In this document: in pieces, positions 12,600-23,506 of the stretch | How the letters are laid out: each line of letters opens with the position of its first letter | How positions within the stretch are numbered: position 1 is the stretch's first letter | Position numbers and translations under genes: made by a program | NCBI RefSeq assembly: GCF_963676685.1 | Contig: NC_092347.1 | Span: forward strand, 744,001 to 808,000 | Source: Mytilus edulis | Lineage: Eukaryota | DNA length: 64,000 nucleotides | Direction: 5' to 3' | Notes under the pieces: generated by a model | Database searches by the model: none | What the model saw: only the letters and a program-made list of their open reading frames with translations | What the model was told of the DNA's origin: nothing

Positions 12600-13460
12600 T
12601 ATTACCTCTGAATATCTAACTTCGGATATTTTTTTTCTCGCGGTATTACAAAACGTACCACTTATGACCCATCGGTAAAGTTTAAGCCGATTCTTGATTC
12701 GTTTAACATGCGATCTAAATATCTGTATACACCTGAAAGAAACCTAACGATTGATTGACCAGTCTTTGGTTGGAACACGTGCACGCTCAGTAATGACACA
12801 ATATATACCATCAAAAAGCCTCAAATTTGGCATTAAATTTTGGATGCTGGTTGAATATATTTCCGGTTATCTCATTTATAGTACTGTTTACAGAGGCCGT
12901 AACTTTGATCATGTGCCTGATGGGGAACTTCAAAGAAGTTAAAAGTCTTCTGATTGCTAGTTGTTTATTTAATAAAAGATACCAAGTGCTTTGCGATAGT
13001 TTTTTTTTCTTCTAGTCTATCACTAGCATTAAAACTGCTTGTAAGAAGGACATTTATGACTGGAACTTTGAGAAGTAACATGCTCCAAAGAATTAAAAAA
13101 AAAACATGAATAACGTCCGGATGACTCTGTATTTATGAGAAGACGAGAAACATTGCTTTCAATGTACATACAGACAAAACGAACGGAAACAAGTTTGCTT
13201 AGTGTCCAAATTTGCAAACCAGGAGTTTCACCACATGGCAAACCAACCGCTATAGAAAGTTTTAGCAAAACTATGGGAGAATTCGATCGGAATGATATGT
13301 TCACAGCCTTCTACAAAGATGAAAAGATGTGGAAGAAATTTATTGTTAACCTAGTAATCTTTTTCTAAGATTTATGATAAATTTGTACATGTTTTATAAA
13401 AAAAAAATCAATTAACCCTCGTCCACTATGACGCCTCCAGTTTGTTCATGAGCTAGTTAA
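12600..13460 (+). pseudogene. Degenerate piggyBac (PGBD4-like) transposase
   Basis: Broken frames give YDPSVKFKPILDSFN..YTPERNLTIDQSLVG..QYIPSK..FGIKFWML..SGY, YQVLCDSFF and KPTAIESFSKTMGEFDRND, which cover the three DDD regions. Stops and frameshifts are present. Confidence 0.85.
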
Positions 13461-14020
13461 ATGTGTTATTAGTTGTCGAGAAACTGGCCCCCTAAAAAAT
13501 GCAATTAACTTTATCAAATAACACTTTTTTTAAATTTAATGTAAGATTTCCCGCGGAAGGTCGGTGGTTCTATAAATTAGGCACTCTGACTTTCCTCCAA
13601 CCAAAAAAAAATAAATTGCAAGACGAAGAATGAATAGAACGAAACTATGCAATGTCTTATAATCGGGGAACGAAATTCTAATTTACGGCGAATTCAAAGC
13701 ATTATATTAATTTTACATCTATATAAGTGCGTTTTATCAGCTGTTGCATAATGTAATTATATCACGAGTGAAAATGAAGACCACAGTTAAGAAAAAAGTA
13801 CAAAACAAGAAATTAAAAATAAACTAAAGAAGACAAGATAGTTCATAGTTCATAATTATCTCATTCTAGTAGAATTTTACATTTCTTTGAATTTCAACCG
13901 GATTTTTCATAAATTTACTACGTGTATATCCTTTTTTTCTTGTGTTTTTTATTAGCTTACAATCATGTAAAAAAAAAAACACGTAAGCATTGATATATAA
14001 ACCAACTAATAAAAAATAAA

Positions 14021-14770
14021 ACGAGATGTGGTAAACATGTCAAAGATGAATAAAAGTAGATGTGGTAAATACGTCAATGATAAATAAAAGGAGATGTGGT
14101 AAATACGTCAGTGATGAATAGAAGGAGATGTGGTAAATACGTCAATGATGAATAAAAGGAGATGTGGTAAATACTTCAATGTTGAATAAAAGCAGATGTG
14201 GTAAACACGTCAAAGATGAATAAAAGGAGATGTGGTAAATGCGTTAATGATGAGTAAAAGGGGATGTGGTAAACACGTCAAAGATGACATAAAGGAGATG
14301 TGGTAAATACGTAAATGGTGAATAGAAGGAGATGTGGTAAATACGTCAATGAATAAAAGGAGATGTGGTAAATAAGTTAAATTGAATGATGAATAAAAGG
14401 AGATCTAGTAAATTTATACTCCAATGATGAATAAAAGGAGATTTGGTTAATACGTCAATGATGAATAGAAGGAGATGTGGTAAATACGTCAATGATAAAT
14501 AAAAGGAGATGTGGTAAATACGTCAGTGATAAATAAAAGGAGATGTGGTAAATACGTCAGTGATGACTAGACGGAGATGTGGAAAATAAGTCAATGATGA
14601 ATAAAAGAAGATGTGGTAAATAAGTCAATGATAAATAAAATGAGATGTGGTAAATACGTCAATGATGAAGAAAAGGAGATGTGGTAAATACGTCAATGAT
14701 GAATAAAAGAAGATGTGGTAAATTTATACGTCAATGATGAATAAAAGTAGATGTTGTAAATACGTCCATG
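14021..14770. repeat. 34-bp minisatellite (~22 copies)
   Basis: Unit gatgtggtaaatacgtcaatgatgaataaaagga at 14025, 14059, 14093 and onward. Confidence 0.95.
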
Positions 14771-15008
14771 AAAGGACAATCAAATGGTTAGACACCTTGC
14801 CCATTATTCTGTCATATTTTTTTTTGAAACTATCAACTTTTCTAACTTGCATTGTTTTGTTAGTTTACTGTTGTTTTTTGCAATATTTTCTTTTTCTTTT
14901 TATGCTCCAATATTCAACTAATTTCTATATTACTAATGATTATTGCTCCTCCCTCTAAAGATACGCAACGATCCACAATCGCCACAGCGTGCAATGAATA
15001 AATAGTAT

Positions 15009-16211
15009 GTGTCCTATTTAGCAAAGGTGCGCATCCAACATGACCAACAATCAATGAATAAGATGCAAGACATTGAAGCAGAAATTCAAAATGTTAATAA
15101 AAATTTGGAAAAAAAAGTTAACATGTTACAAGGAAAAACACAAAGCATCAGTGATAAAATAAAACTGTATGAAGTGGAAACAATTAAATTACAAAAAAGC
15201 TTTATGCCGGAGGAAAATCTAGGTAACCAATGTACCCCAATGTTAGATGAAGATCAAACAATTCCAAAAACAATCTGTGAAACAATATTACAAGAACATT
15301 CACATGAAATAGAACAGTCAATAAATGCTGATATAAATGAAGAACCACAAAATCCTGTTTATGATACCCAACCAAAACTGCCATTATCAGGAAGTAGGGT
15401 TTTAATTGCCGGAAGTTCAGTCCTAAAAGGAATTGACCCATCTAAATTAAAAGATTATATAGATGTCCATGTTCACAGAGGAGCAAATGTACTAGATTTA
15501 TACGAAGACATAAGAAATATGGATCTGAGTACATACAATACAATTATAATTCATGTAGGTGGCAATGATGCAAGTAGCAAAATGAATGTACAACAATTTG
15601 TGGACATTTTTCAAGAAATCATTAACTTTGTAAGATGTCAAAACTGTCGAGCAATTGTATCTGGAATATTACCAAGGATACAATGTGATGTCACTGAGTA
15701 TAACACAATCCTAAAACAAATGTGCCATTATAATGATGTCAAATTCATATCAAATTATGAATCTTTTGTCTACAAAGATGATCATATAGCTAAATCATTT
15801 TACACCACAGATGGCATTCATCTAAATAGATATGGAACAATAAAGTTGTTGGCAAATGTTAATAAAGTAATTAAAGTATTCAAGGGAAAACAAATACAGC
15901 ATCATTTGAACCAACAAAACAGAAATAGATATCAAAGTTCCAGTCACCAATATTACGCAAACAACTTCAGAAGGAGCCCTACAAAACAAAGATATCAACC
16001 TAGGAGCAACATGATTACAACAGACAGAAGAAATTTCAACCATTCAGGAATCAACCCCAGAAACGTAAAGGACAGGAATGATCTCAATATGAACTCTCGT
16101 GACTCGTGGGAAAACAATAATGAGCTAAATAGACAAAATGTAGACAGAGCACCATTTTTTAACTATCATTCACCAAACTCTGTACGTAAGTCAGATTATG
16201 TTCATAGGTAG
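15009..16211 (+). CDS. LINE ORF1 protein: coiled coil plus SGNH/GDSL esterase-like domain
   Basis: IAGSSVL (block I), HRGA, HVGGND (block III), DGIHLN (block V). Heptad-rich N-terminus and Asn/Arg-rich tail. True start uncertain. Confidence 0.85.
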   Translation: MSYLAKVRIQHDQQSMNKMQDIEAEIQNVNKNLEKKVNMLQGKTQSISDKIKLYEVETIKLQKSFMPEENLGNQCTPMLDEDQTIPKTICETILQEHSHEIEQSINADINEEPQNPVYDTQPKLPLSGSRVLIAGSSVLKGIDPSKLKDYIDVHVHRGANVLDLYEDIRNMDLSTYNTIIIHVGGNDASSKMNVQQFVDIFQEIINFVRCQNCRAIVSGILPRIQCDVTEYNTILKQMCHYNDVKFISNYESFVYKDDHIAKSFYTTDGIHLNRYGTIKLLANVNKVIKVFKGKQIQHHLNQQNRNRYQSSSHQYYANNFRRSPTKQRYQPRSNMITTDRRNFNHSGINPRNVKDRNDLNMNSRDSWENNNELNRQNVDRAPFFNYHSPNSVRKSDYVHR

Positions 16212-19200
16212 CATTTAGCTTGTTCTAGTTTTTCAAACAGATATAATATTTTAAATCTGTTATGTGATAAATGTAGTAGTATACAATGTTCATGTAATAT
16301 AAAAGACATTAATAATACAAACAACAGTAATAATAATAATTGGAGAAAATCTCAAAAGAGACATAGAAAGAGTCAAAATAAAACACCTAGTTCTGTAAAT
16401 AAAAGTAGAAATAATGAAGCAAGTTGGTTGTTTAAAAAAGGGTTTAAACTAGGTTGTTTAAATATTCAACATTTACAACCAAAAATTGAAGAAATAAAAT
16501 TTCTATTAAAATATGAACAATTATTTGATATATTTGGTATGGTAGAAACATTTTTAAATGATGAAATTGGTACCGAAACATTACAAATTGAAGGTTACAA
16601 AATAGAAAGAAAAGATAGAAACGCTATTAATTATGGCGGATGTGTGATTGCGTACATACGAAATAGTGTATGTCATCAGAGAAGAATCGATTTAGAAATA
16701 AGTAGTATTGAATCTTTATGGATTGAAATTAAATTTCCAAACACAAACTCTATTTTAATAGGCATTTTTTATCGTCCACCGAGTTCATTTCAATCTTGGA
16801 TTGATTCAGCTGAAAAAGAAATAGATAAAGCGTCTGCAGAAAATAAAGAAATTATACTCTTAGGAGATTTTAATATAAACTTTTCACATATAAATCATAC
16901 AGTTGTCGGAAATCAAAAATGGAAGGACTGTATTAATTTGTATGGTTTACAACAAATTGTACATAAACCGACACGAGTAACAGATAAATGTGCAACTACC
17001 ATAGACCATATATATACGACCGATGTAGACCATATTATAGAAGTAAAGGTGCCTAGTTATGCTGTCAGTGATCATTATCCTGTTTGCGTAACAAGAAAAC
17101 TTAACCCCAAAATAACAAAAATGGAGCATTTGTCCATAGAATATAGATCATTCAAACAATTTGATAAAAATAAATTTATTGAAAATTTAACAAATACTCC
17201 TTTTTATCTCATTGAATCGATTGGAGATGTTGATGAAGCAGCTAATTATTGGTATAATGTATTTCTGAGCACCCTAGACAAACATGCTCCTAAGAAAATT
17301 AAAAGGGTGAAAAATACCCAACAACCAGAGTGGTGGACTTCTGATATAAATAGCGCTAGACACCAAAGAGATTATTTTCAAAGAATTGGTGATATATATA
17401 ATTATAAAATTTGGCGTAATAAGGTTACATTTTTAATAGAACAGGCAAAGAAAAAATATTTCCAAAATGCTATTTCAAATTGTAAAGATAGTAAAACTAT
17501 TTGGAAGTATGTCAAAAGTCTAAATCCTAAAAAAGTACATAATAATATCACGCATTTAGAATATAAAAATAGTGTAATTCAAAATGATGTTGATATAGCA
17601 AATACATTTAATGTGCATTTCACAAATATTGCTGAAAGTATAGTTGATGACAAGTTATGTAATAATGATGATGGTGCCAGATTTGATGCACTCAATAAAT
17701 TTGTAAAATCAAAGTTACAAACGGGTAGTGAAAAATTCATTATACCAGAAATGAGTATTTTAGATGTAAACATGTATTTAAAAAAACTTGACAAGTCTAA
17801 AGCAACTGGTTTAGATGATGTCGGACCAAATATTTTAAGTATGTGCAGCGATGTCATTGCACCAGCCTTGACATATATATTTAATCTAAGCATCAAAAGT
17901 GGTAAATTTCCAAGTATTTTTAAAACTGCAAGAGTTTGCCCAATTTTTAAAAGTGGCGATGCCTGTAATCCTGATAATTATAGACCAATAGCAGTTTTGC
18001 CTTGTCTCTCAAAAATCATAGAACGACATATAGCTAATAGTTTGTATATATTTTTAAATAGTAATGACCTTCTTAATACTACACAGTCAGGTTTCAGACC
18101 TAAACATTCGTGTACTACTGCACTTACTAAATTAGTAGATGAATGGTTGGCAAATATAGATAATGGAGAGATAAACGGAGTTATATTTTTAGATTTAAAG
18201 AAAGCTTTTGATCTGGTTAATCATATAATTTTATTGAAAAAACTTGAATATTATAATGTTTCAAATTGTACACTAGACTGGTTTAAGTCATACTTGTTTG
18301 AACGAAGCCAACAAGTTAAGGTCAATAACGTCATGTCTAATACTAAATGCATAAAAACTGGGGTACCACAAGGTTCTATCCTGGGCCCTTTGTTATTTAT
18401 TTTATATATCAATGATTTACCACTTAATATAGAACATTCATTAATAGATTTATATGCAGATGATTCTACATTACATTGTAAAGGTAATAATTTACCTCAG
18501 TTAACTTCTAACCTTCAAAATGATATTCATGTAATTGAAAACTGGTGTGCGCAAAATTGTATGAAATTAAATGCCAAAAAGTGTAAATCAATGATTGTTG
18601 GTTCAAAACAAAGACTTTGTTCAACTGGAAACAGTTTAGATATCAATATTTCAAATGAACAAATAGAAAATGTAGATTGTGAAAAACTTCTTGGTTTATA
18701 TATTGACAAAAACCTAAATTGGAATCAGCAGATAGATAAAATGTCATGTACTATATCAAACAGAATCAATTTATTACAAAAGATAAGAAAATATTTACCT
18801 ATGAATATACGTATTATCTATTTTAATGCTTATATTCTGCCATTATTTGATTATTGTTGCAATATATGGGGAAGCTGTTGTGAAAGTGGAATAAATAAAC
18901 TTAATAAGTTATTAAAGAAATCTGCTAGGGTTATAGTAGAAGCTGACATAATGACATCATCCAGTTTATTGTTTAATAGTTTACGCTGGTTAAATGTGGA
19001 AAAACGCATTCAATACCAAAAGGCAATACTTGTATTTAAATCATTAAATGGTATGGTTCCTAACTATTTACAAGAAAATTTTCATTTTACTGATAATCAA
19101 AATTATAACTTACGTTCAGCTGATGAAAAAGTATTAAATCTTCCAAAACCAAAAACAAATTTTTTAAAGAAAACATTTACATATTCAGGTTCTCAAATAT

Positions 19201-19292
19201 GGAACAGTTTACCAAATGAAATAAAAATGAGTAATACACTTGTATCTTTTAAAACAAAATGTTACAAATTTTTCATCAATTGTGCAAATTAA
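16212..19292 (+). CDS. LINE ORF2: APE endonuclease plus reverse transcriptase
   Basis: LNIQHL, VETFL, YRPP, LGDFN, TIDH, SDH; NYRPIA, QSGFR, FLDLKKAFD, GVPQGSILGP, YADD. The frame is open without stops from 16212; the ORF track starts it at TTG 16428. Confidence 0.95.
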   Translation, partial: HLACSSFSNRYNILNLLCDKCSSIQCSCNIKDINNTNNSNNNNWRKSQKRHRKSQNKTPSSVNKSRNNEASWLFKKGFKLGCLNIQHLQPKIEEIKFLLKYEQLFDIFGMVETFLNDEIGTETLQIEGYKIERKDRNAINYGGCVIAYIRNSVCHQRRIDLEISSIESLWIEIKFPNTNSILIGIFYRPPSSFQSWIDSAEKEIDKASAENKEIILLGDFNINFSHINHTVVGNQKWKDCINLYGLQQIVHKPTRVTDKCATTIDHIYTTDVDHIIEVKVPSYAVSDHYPVCVTRKLNPKITKMEHLSIEYRSFKQFDKNKFIENLTNTPFYLIESIGDVDEAANYWYNVFLSTLDKHAPKKIKRVKNTQQPEWWTSDINSARHQRDYFQRIGDIYNYKIWRNKVTFLIEQAKKKYFQNAISNCKDSKTIWKYVKSLNPKKVHNNITHLEYKNSVIQNDVDIANTFNVHFTNIAESIVDDKLCNNDDGARFDALNKFVKSKLQTGSEKFIIPEMSILDVNMYLKKLDKSKATGLDDVGPNILSMCSDVIAPALTYIFNLSIKSGKFPSIFKTARVCPIFKSGDACNPDNYRPIAVLPCLSKIIERHIANSLYIFLNSNDLLNTTQSGFRPKHSCTTALTKLVDEWLANIDNGEINGVIFLDLKKAFDLVNHIILLKKLEYYNVSNCTLDWFKSYLFERSQQVKVNNVMSNTKCIKTGVPQGSILGPLLFILYINDLPLNIEHSLIDLYADDSTLHCKGNNLPQLTSNLQNDIHVIENWCAQNCMKLNAKKCKSMIVGSKQRLCSTGNSLDINISNEQIENVDCEKLLGLYIDKNLNWNQQIDKMSCTISNRINLLQKIRKYLPMNIRIIYFNAYILPLFDYCCNIWGSCCESGINKLNKLLKKSARVIVEADIMTSSSLLFNSLRWLNVEKRIQYQKAILVFKSLNGMVPNYLQENFHFTDNQNYNLRSADEKVLNLPKPKTNFLKKTFTYSGSQIWNSLPNEIKMSNTLVSFKTKCYKFFINCAN

Positions 19293-19799
19293 TATGCTTT
19301 TTCATTATTATTTAAATACAATTGTATATTGTGTATAATATAACTTTATAATACTCTATGTACTTATAAATATGTTATTATTATTTTGAGGACTCTCAGG
19401 AAGATTAGTTTTAACTAATGGGATCATCCTCTTGAAATAAAGATTATTTATTTATTTATTTATTTATTTATGCATTGAAAAAGAGTAGCAATAGGAACGT
19501 CAACGTTGGAAATCGGAAACTATCGATGACGTCGTAATATTGTTACGTTTGTAACGTCTTGGCAATTTTGAATTTAGGTCTTGGCAGTAAGCCAACAATT
19601 CGGCCCTCGATCTTATACGACCCAAATATTACAAGTGATTGATCGACGATCGGGTCATTGTGTGCTATCTTTTCCAATAAGACCGCGCACCTGTGACTCC
19701 ATACAGTGTGGTTATACGTGCCATTTATTTATATGTGCTATTTCTAATCTTTACAATGTGGATGAAGGAAAGCATAAATATTACTGTTGTATTTTTCTG

Positions 19800-19965
19800 T
19801 ACGGGATCGGGTGTTTTTAAGCTCGAGATTTCAGGAATGACACCCTTTCGGGATTTCGGGAATGACCCTTTCAGGATCCGGGAATTCCTTTTTCGAATTT
19901 CTGGATCTCGGGATTTTGTGTTTTTAAGCCCAGGATTTCTGGATCCGGACCCCCCCCCCTTATAC
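19800..19965. repeat. Fragment of a non-autonomous element with cgggattt-like internal repeats
   Basis: GC-rich patch of cgggattt/cgggaat/ctggat motifs ending in a C run. Confidence 0.45.
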
Positions 19966-20302
19966 TGAAGGAAACACATATTTTTTTCACTGAAAACGAT
20001 TTTGAACATTCATAAATAATAAAATTATTGATATATACTAATAGTTTCAATCATCTGTATGCATTTTTTAGGGCCTCAATGAGCCTCAATGAAAATAAGA
20101 CTAGTTCTAATTGAGTTACACTTTTTAATTGAAAAAAAAAATATGATTATTAACTGGAGTCCCGATAAAGTTCCTATGCCCCCTCTTATTTGTCACAAGC
20201 ACCAATAGACTGAGTGACCTTTATTCAACAGTTCAAGCTGCAGTTAACTGTAACATTATTTAGTACTCTTCATAGAATTAAATTAGTTTAATATTTTTTC
20301 AG

Positions 20303-20587
20303 GGAAATTTACCAATATATCTGCTAACTGGCCAGGGTCAACCCATGATTCCCACATCTTCAACACATCAAACCTATGTCACTACCTGGAGACAAACAAC
20401 AGGACTTGCAGACGGTTTGATACTAGGAGACAGCGGGTATGCATGTCGCCCTTTTCTCATGACACCCTATCTAAATCCCAGAGAAAGACACCAGCAAAGA
20501 TTTAATAGAGCACACTCCAGTACAAGATCTATTATTGAAAGGGCTTTTGGAATCTTAAAGAGAAGATTTCATGTTTTACACTCTGAG
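20303..20587 (+). CDS. Harbinger transposase exon 2 (one frameshift near 20401)
   Basis: Acceptor ttttttcag. [24 protein letters not shown] is in one frame, then [40 protein letters not shown] is in the +1 frame. Donor GAG|gtaaaa. Confidence 0.85.
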
Positions 20588-20877
20588 GTAAAAATAATTA
20601 TAGAATACTTTAAAATATGATAACAAAAAAGTAGTGTGATTGCCAATGAGAATACTCCAAACTAGAGACCAAATTTCTTGGAAGTTAACATCGATAGGTA
20701 ACTGTACAGCCTTCAACAATGAGATAATCCTATATAGTGATGCATAGCTTAAATGGTTAATTAACCTCAGCAGTTTCATACAAAAAATGACAAAAAAACT
20801 TCCGCCATGAAGAAAAAAATATATTGAGTAAAAAGGGACACAAAAAAAGAAACTAATTATTAAAAGGATACTAATTA

Positions 20878-21057
20878 GGGAGCTATCATTTATTGTTTGA
20901 GGGGGGGGGGGGTGGCTAGTATGAAAAATACCTTTTTATTTTTCACACTTTCATACATAAATTGTCATCCTGCCTCTTTTTTACTCAAACTCTTGTCCTG
21001 ACTTTTTAAATTTCATACAAGCGACACTATCCCCATAAAAATTAAATGGAAGCTCTG
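20878..21057. mobile_element. Small Tourist-like MITE in transposase intron 2
   Basis: Imperfect TIRs gggagctatcattta / taaatggaagctctg, preceded by TTA, with internal G and C runs. Confidence 0.5.
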
Positions 21058-21315
21058 AAAAACTAGAGACAATTGTTACAGAAAGAGCCGCAGTTAATAG
21101 GGATTATAGTGAACCTGTTATTTAAGTAGCTATCGGTATTGGTTTTTTTAGAATGCCGTGCAAATAATCATTAACATGGTATTTTTTGTTAAAGTGGATA
21201 TCTGCATGGGTAATTTTCCAGGAGACAATATTGTAGATAGGTATACACTTCTGAAACAGTTTTTTTTTAAATTGAAAGATATTTTCCTGACCATAATTAT
21301 GAAATTAAATTTCAG

Positions 21316-21519
21316 GTCAGAATGAAACCAGAAAAAGTCTGTCGAGTGTTTGGTGCTTGTGCTGTTCTACATAACATAGCTTTAACAAGGAATGAACCTT
21401 TGGAAGATGTTTGTGGTGTACATGTTCAGCAAGACCAGCCAGTGCAAGTTCCGAATTTTGAAGGAGAACAGGATGGTAGACACATTAGAGAGCATATCGC
21501 AAGAGTTTTCTTCAACTGA
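21316..21519 (+). CDS. Harbinger transposase exon 3
   Basis: Acceptor tttcag. VRMKPEKVCRVFGACAVLHNIA...GRHIREHIARVFFN* is a typical HARBI1-like C-terminus. Confidence 0.88.
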   Translation, partial: VRMKPEKVCRVFGACAVLHNIALTRNEPLEDVCGVHVQQDQPVQVPNFEGEQDGRHIREHIARVFFN

Positions 21520-22229
21520 AATACATGTTTAATACACAAGAGTCTTTATTTTTTCATCCAATATAAAATTGTGATAAATAATACAGGTTATTTTTTCTCA
21601 AAACACATGCATTCGACATGTCAGTGAATTGAAGGCTTAGCAAATAATGAGTTCATAAATACATGCACTTGCGGTAATATGAGTTATTGGCACTACGAAG
21701 TGTCGGTTGTCACGCTATTTTAAACATCATCTCATTGTTAATTGTACACTGAATGACATTTTACCCCAAGTCTTGATTAAGGTATACATTTAAGGTCATC
21801 CTTTGGAATTTGTTCGTCCAATCAGTGAAACCCTTGTCGCAAAGTGGGTCTTCCATATACTGTTGGGTGTGTAAATACGCCGGCACATCCGGTTGGAAAG
21901 GGGATGTATAATCTGATTGCGTTGTATGGACAAGTGTAACGCCATGCATATTACAAAATCGTGTGAGGGGTCTGATCATACATATTGTACTCTTTGTTAA
22001 TTTGTTCTCATCATGAACATGCATGAAATATTTGCCACTGGATGTAAAGCAAACGATATGAACGAATATAAACATACCAAATAAATGCATAGCCAGAATT
22101 AAAACAAGAGTACACACGCTAAAATATCTAGCCTTCTTTATTAATCATTGATGTTATGTGGATAGTCCTTAATATAGAAAAGAAAAGAATAGAATATTTT
22201 TATTTCCAAAATTACAGGGCCCATAAAGG

Positions 22230-22510
22230 GCATAAAATCAGATACGATTGATTTACATAATAAAGCTATATTACAACTGTCACATAAACTTAACATTAAC
22301 CAAGAAGACTAAACATCGACCAATGAACCATGAAAATGAGGACAAAGTCAAATGACACCTGCCAGTTGTACATGAACACCTTACAGTCCTTCCATACACC
22401 CAATATACTAGACCTATTGCTGATAGTATCTGAGATATGGACTTGACCACCAAAACTTAACCTTGTTCACTGATCCATTAAATGAGGTCGAGGTCAAGTG
22501 AAAACTATCT
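22230..22510. repeat. Dispersed repeat fragment (probably Helentron-associated)
   Basis: catgaaaatgagg..caccttacagtccttccatacacc..cctattgct. Its reverse complement shares the tatatttggtgtatggaa motif seen at ~51562. Confidence 0.45.
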
Positions 22511-22547
22511 GGCAAAGAATTGTTAATTGATAAGAAAAATAAATATT

Positions 22548-22685
22548 TTAATTCATTAAAAGTTGAGAAAATGTTAGTGGAGTATTCTCTTTGTCTTGTT
22601 TCATTAATTCTAGCAAGTCTATCTGAAGGTCTAATTTCTTCATCTCTTTTGTCTGCTTTTCCATTTCACCCTTCAAATACAGTAC
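22548..22685 (-). CDS. Harbinger Myb/SANT-like protein exon 3 (coiled-coil C-terminus)
   Basis: Acceptor tttttatttcag, phase 0. VLYLKGEMEKQTKEMKKLDLQIDLLELMKQDKENTPLTFSQLLMN*. Confidence 0.75.
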   Translation of the reverse strand, partial: VLYLKGEMEKQTKEMKKLDLQIDLLELMKQDKENTPLTFSQLLMN

Positions 22686-23246
22686 CTGAAATAAAAATGA
22701 TACATGTAGATCCATATGATTATTTTAACATATATCTTTATATGTGTCTGTTTACCTTACAACTCTTGTGGAATTTACAGAAATATTGCATGAAACTGAG
22801 ATTTCCAGATAAAGTGTATGACCTGTTGGACCTATGCTTTGGCCAGCAGCTGGAAGACCATAAATTTTAAATATTTATATTAGAAGATTTTCATAAAGAT
22901 GTTGATTTTGTGTAATTTAAGATCGATACACGGTCTCACATCATTGCCTATACCAGTGGTAGATCCAGAACTTTTTGTAAGCGGGTACTGACTGACCACA
23001 AAGGGGAGGGCATCGACCGGGCCCCTAGCCCCCTGGATCTGTATCTGTATGATACAAACTAATCGATGGGGACCCAAAAAGTCAACTTTTCTTAGTGTTG
23101 ATAATTGAATTTTACCTTTTTATTTTCCTGAGTATAATGACAGTCTTGAAACTAACACCGAGCCATTCATTATAAGACAATAATATGTTAATCGATTTTT
23201 ATTATTTTGGATTATTTCTAAAATAAATGCAAATGTGAAATTTTAC

Positions 23247-23506
23247 CTGAAGCCCATAAACATCATCAGCAGTTGCTTTCCTTTTCTTTGGATTTTCTGC
23301 TTTCTGTGCTGTTAGAGTCCCCAGCTCAACTACTGCAGCTACTGGGCGTGGCACTTGGATATTTACAGCCGGTAGAAGCGATATTAGTGGTAATGGCTGA
23401 AGAATGGATTCAGATCCAGATTGGGAAAGTGGTTGGCTTGGAGGGGTATCAAACAGGTCCTGGGAATTACTTGCACTCTCCTCTGGCAATGCTGCTGAGT
23501 TGTCAT
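23247..23506 (-). CDS. Harbinger Myb/SANT-like protein exon 2
   Basis: Acceptor ttttctag matches phase 1. Ser/Pro-rich linker and NLS-like PKKRK. Donor CAG|gtaaaa. Confidence 0.78.

Larger units (their letters stand above)
15009..19470 (+). mobile_element. CR1/L2-group (Crack-like) LINE retrotransposon, 5' end uncertain
   Basis: ORF1 plus APE-RT ORF2, short 3' UTR, aataaa and a (TATT)n tail at ~19444-19470. Confidence 0.9.

Noticed and set aside
16947-18709. Antisense ORFs inside LINE ORF2 (and at 9916-10134, 24870-25163)
   Set aside because: Shadow frames of real coding sequence.
21761-22117. 118-aa ORF between the two Harbinger genes as a third cargo gene
   Set aside because: It overlaps a SINE-tail-like motif, shares text with repeat-derived ORFs at 52251-52586, and has no recognisable domain.
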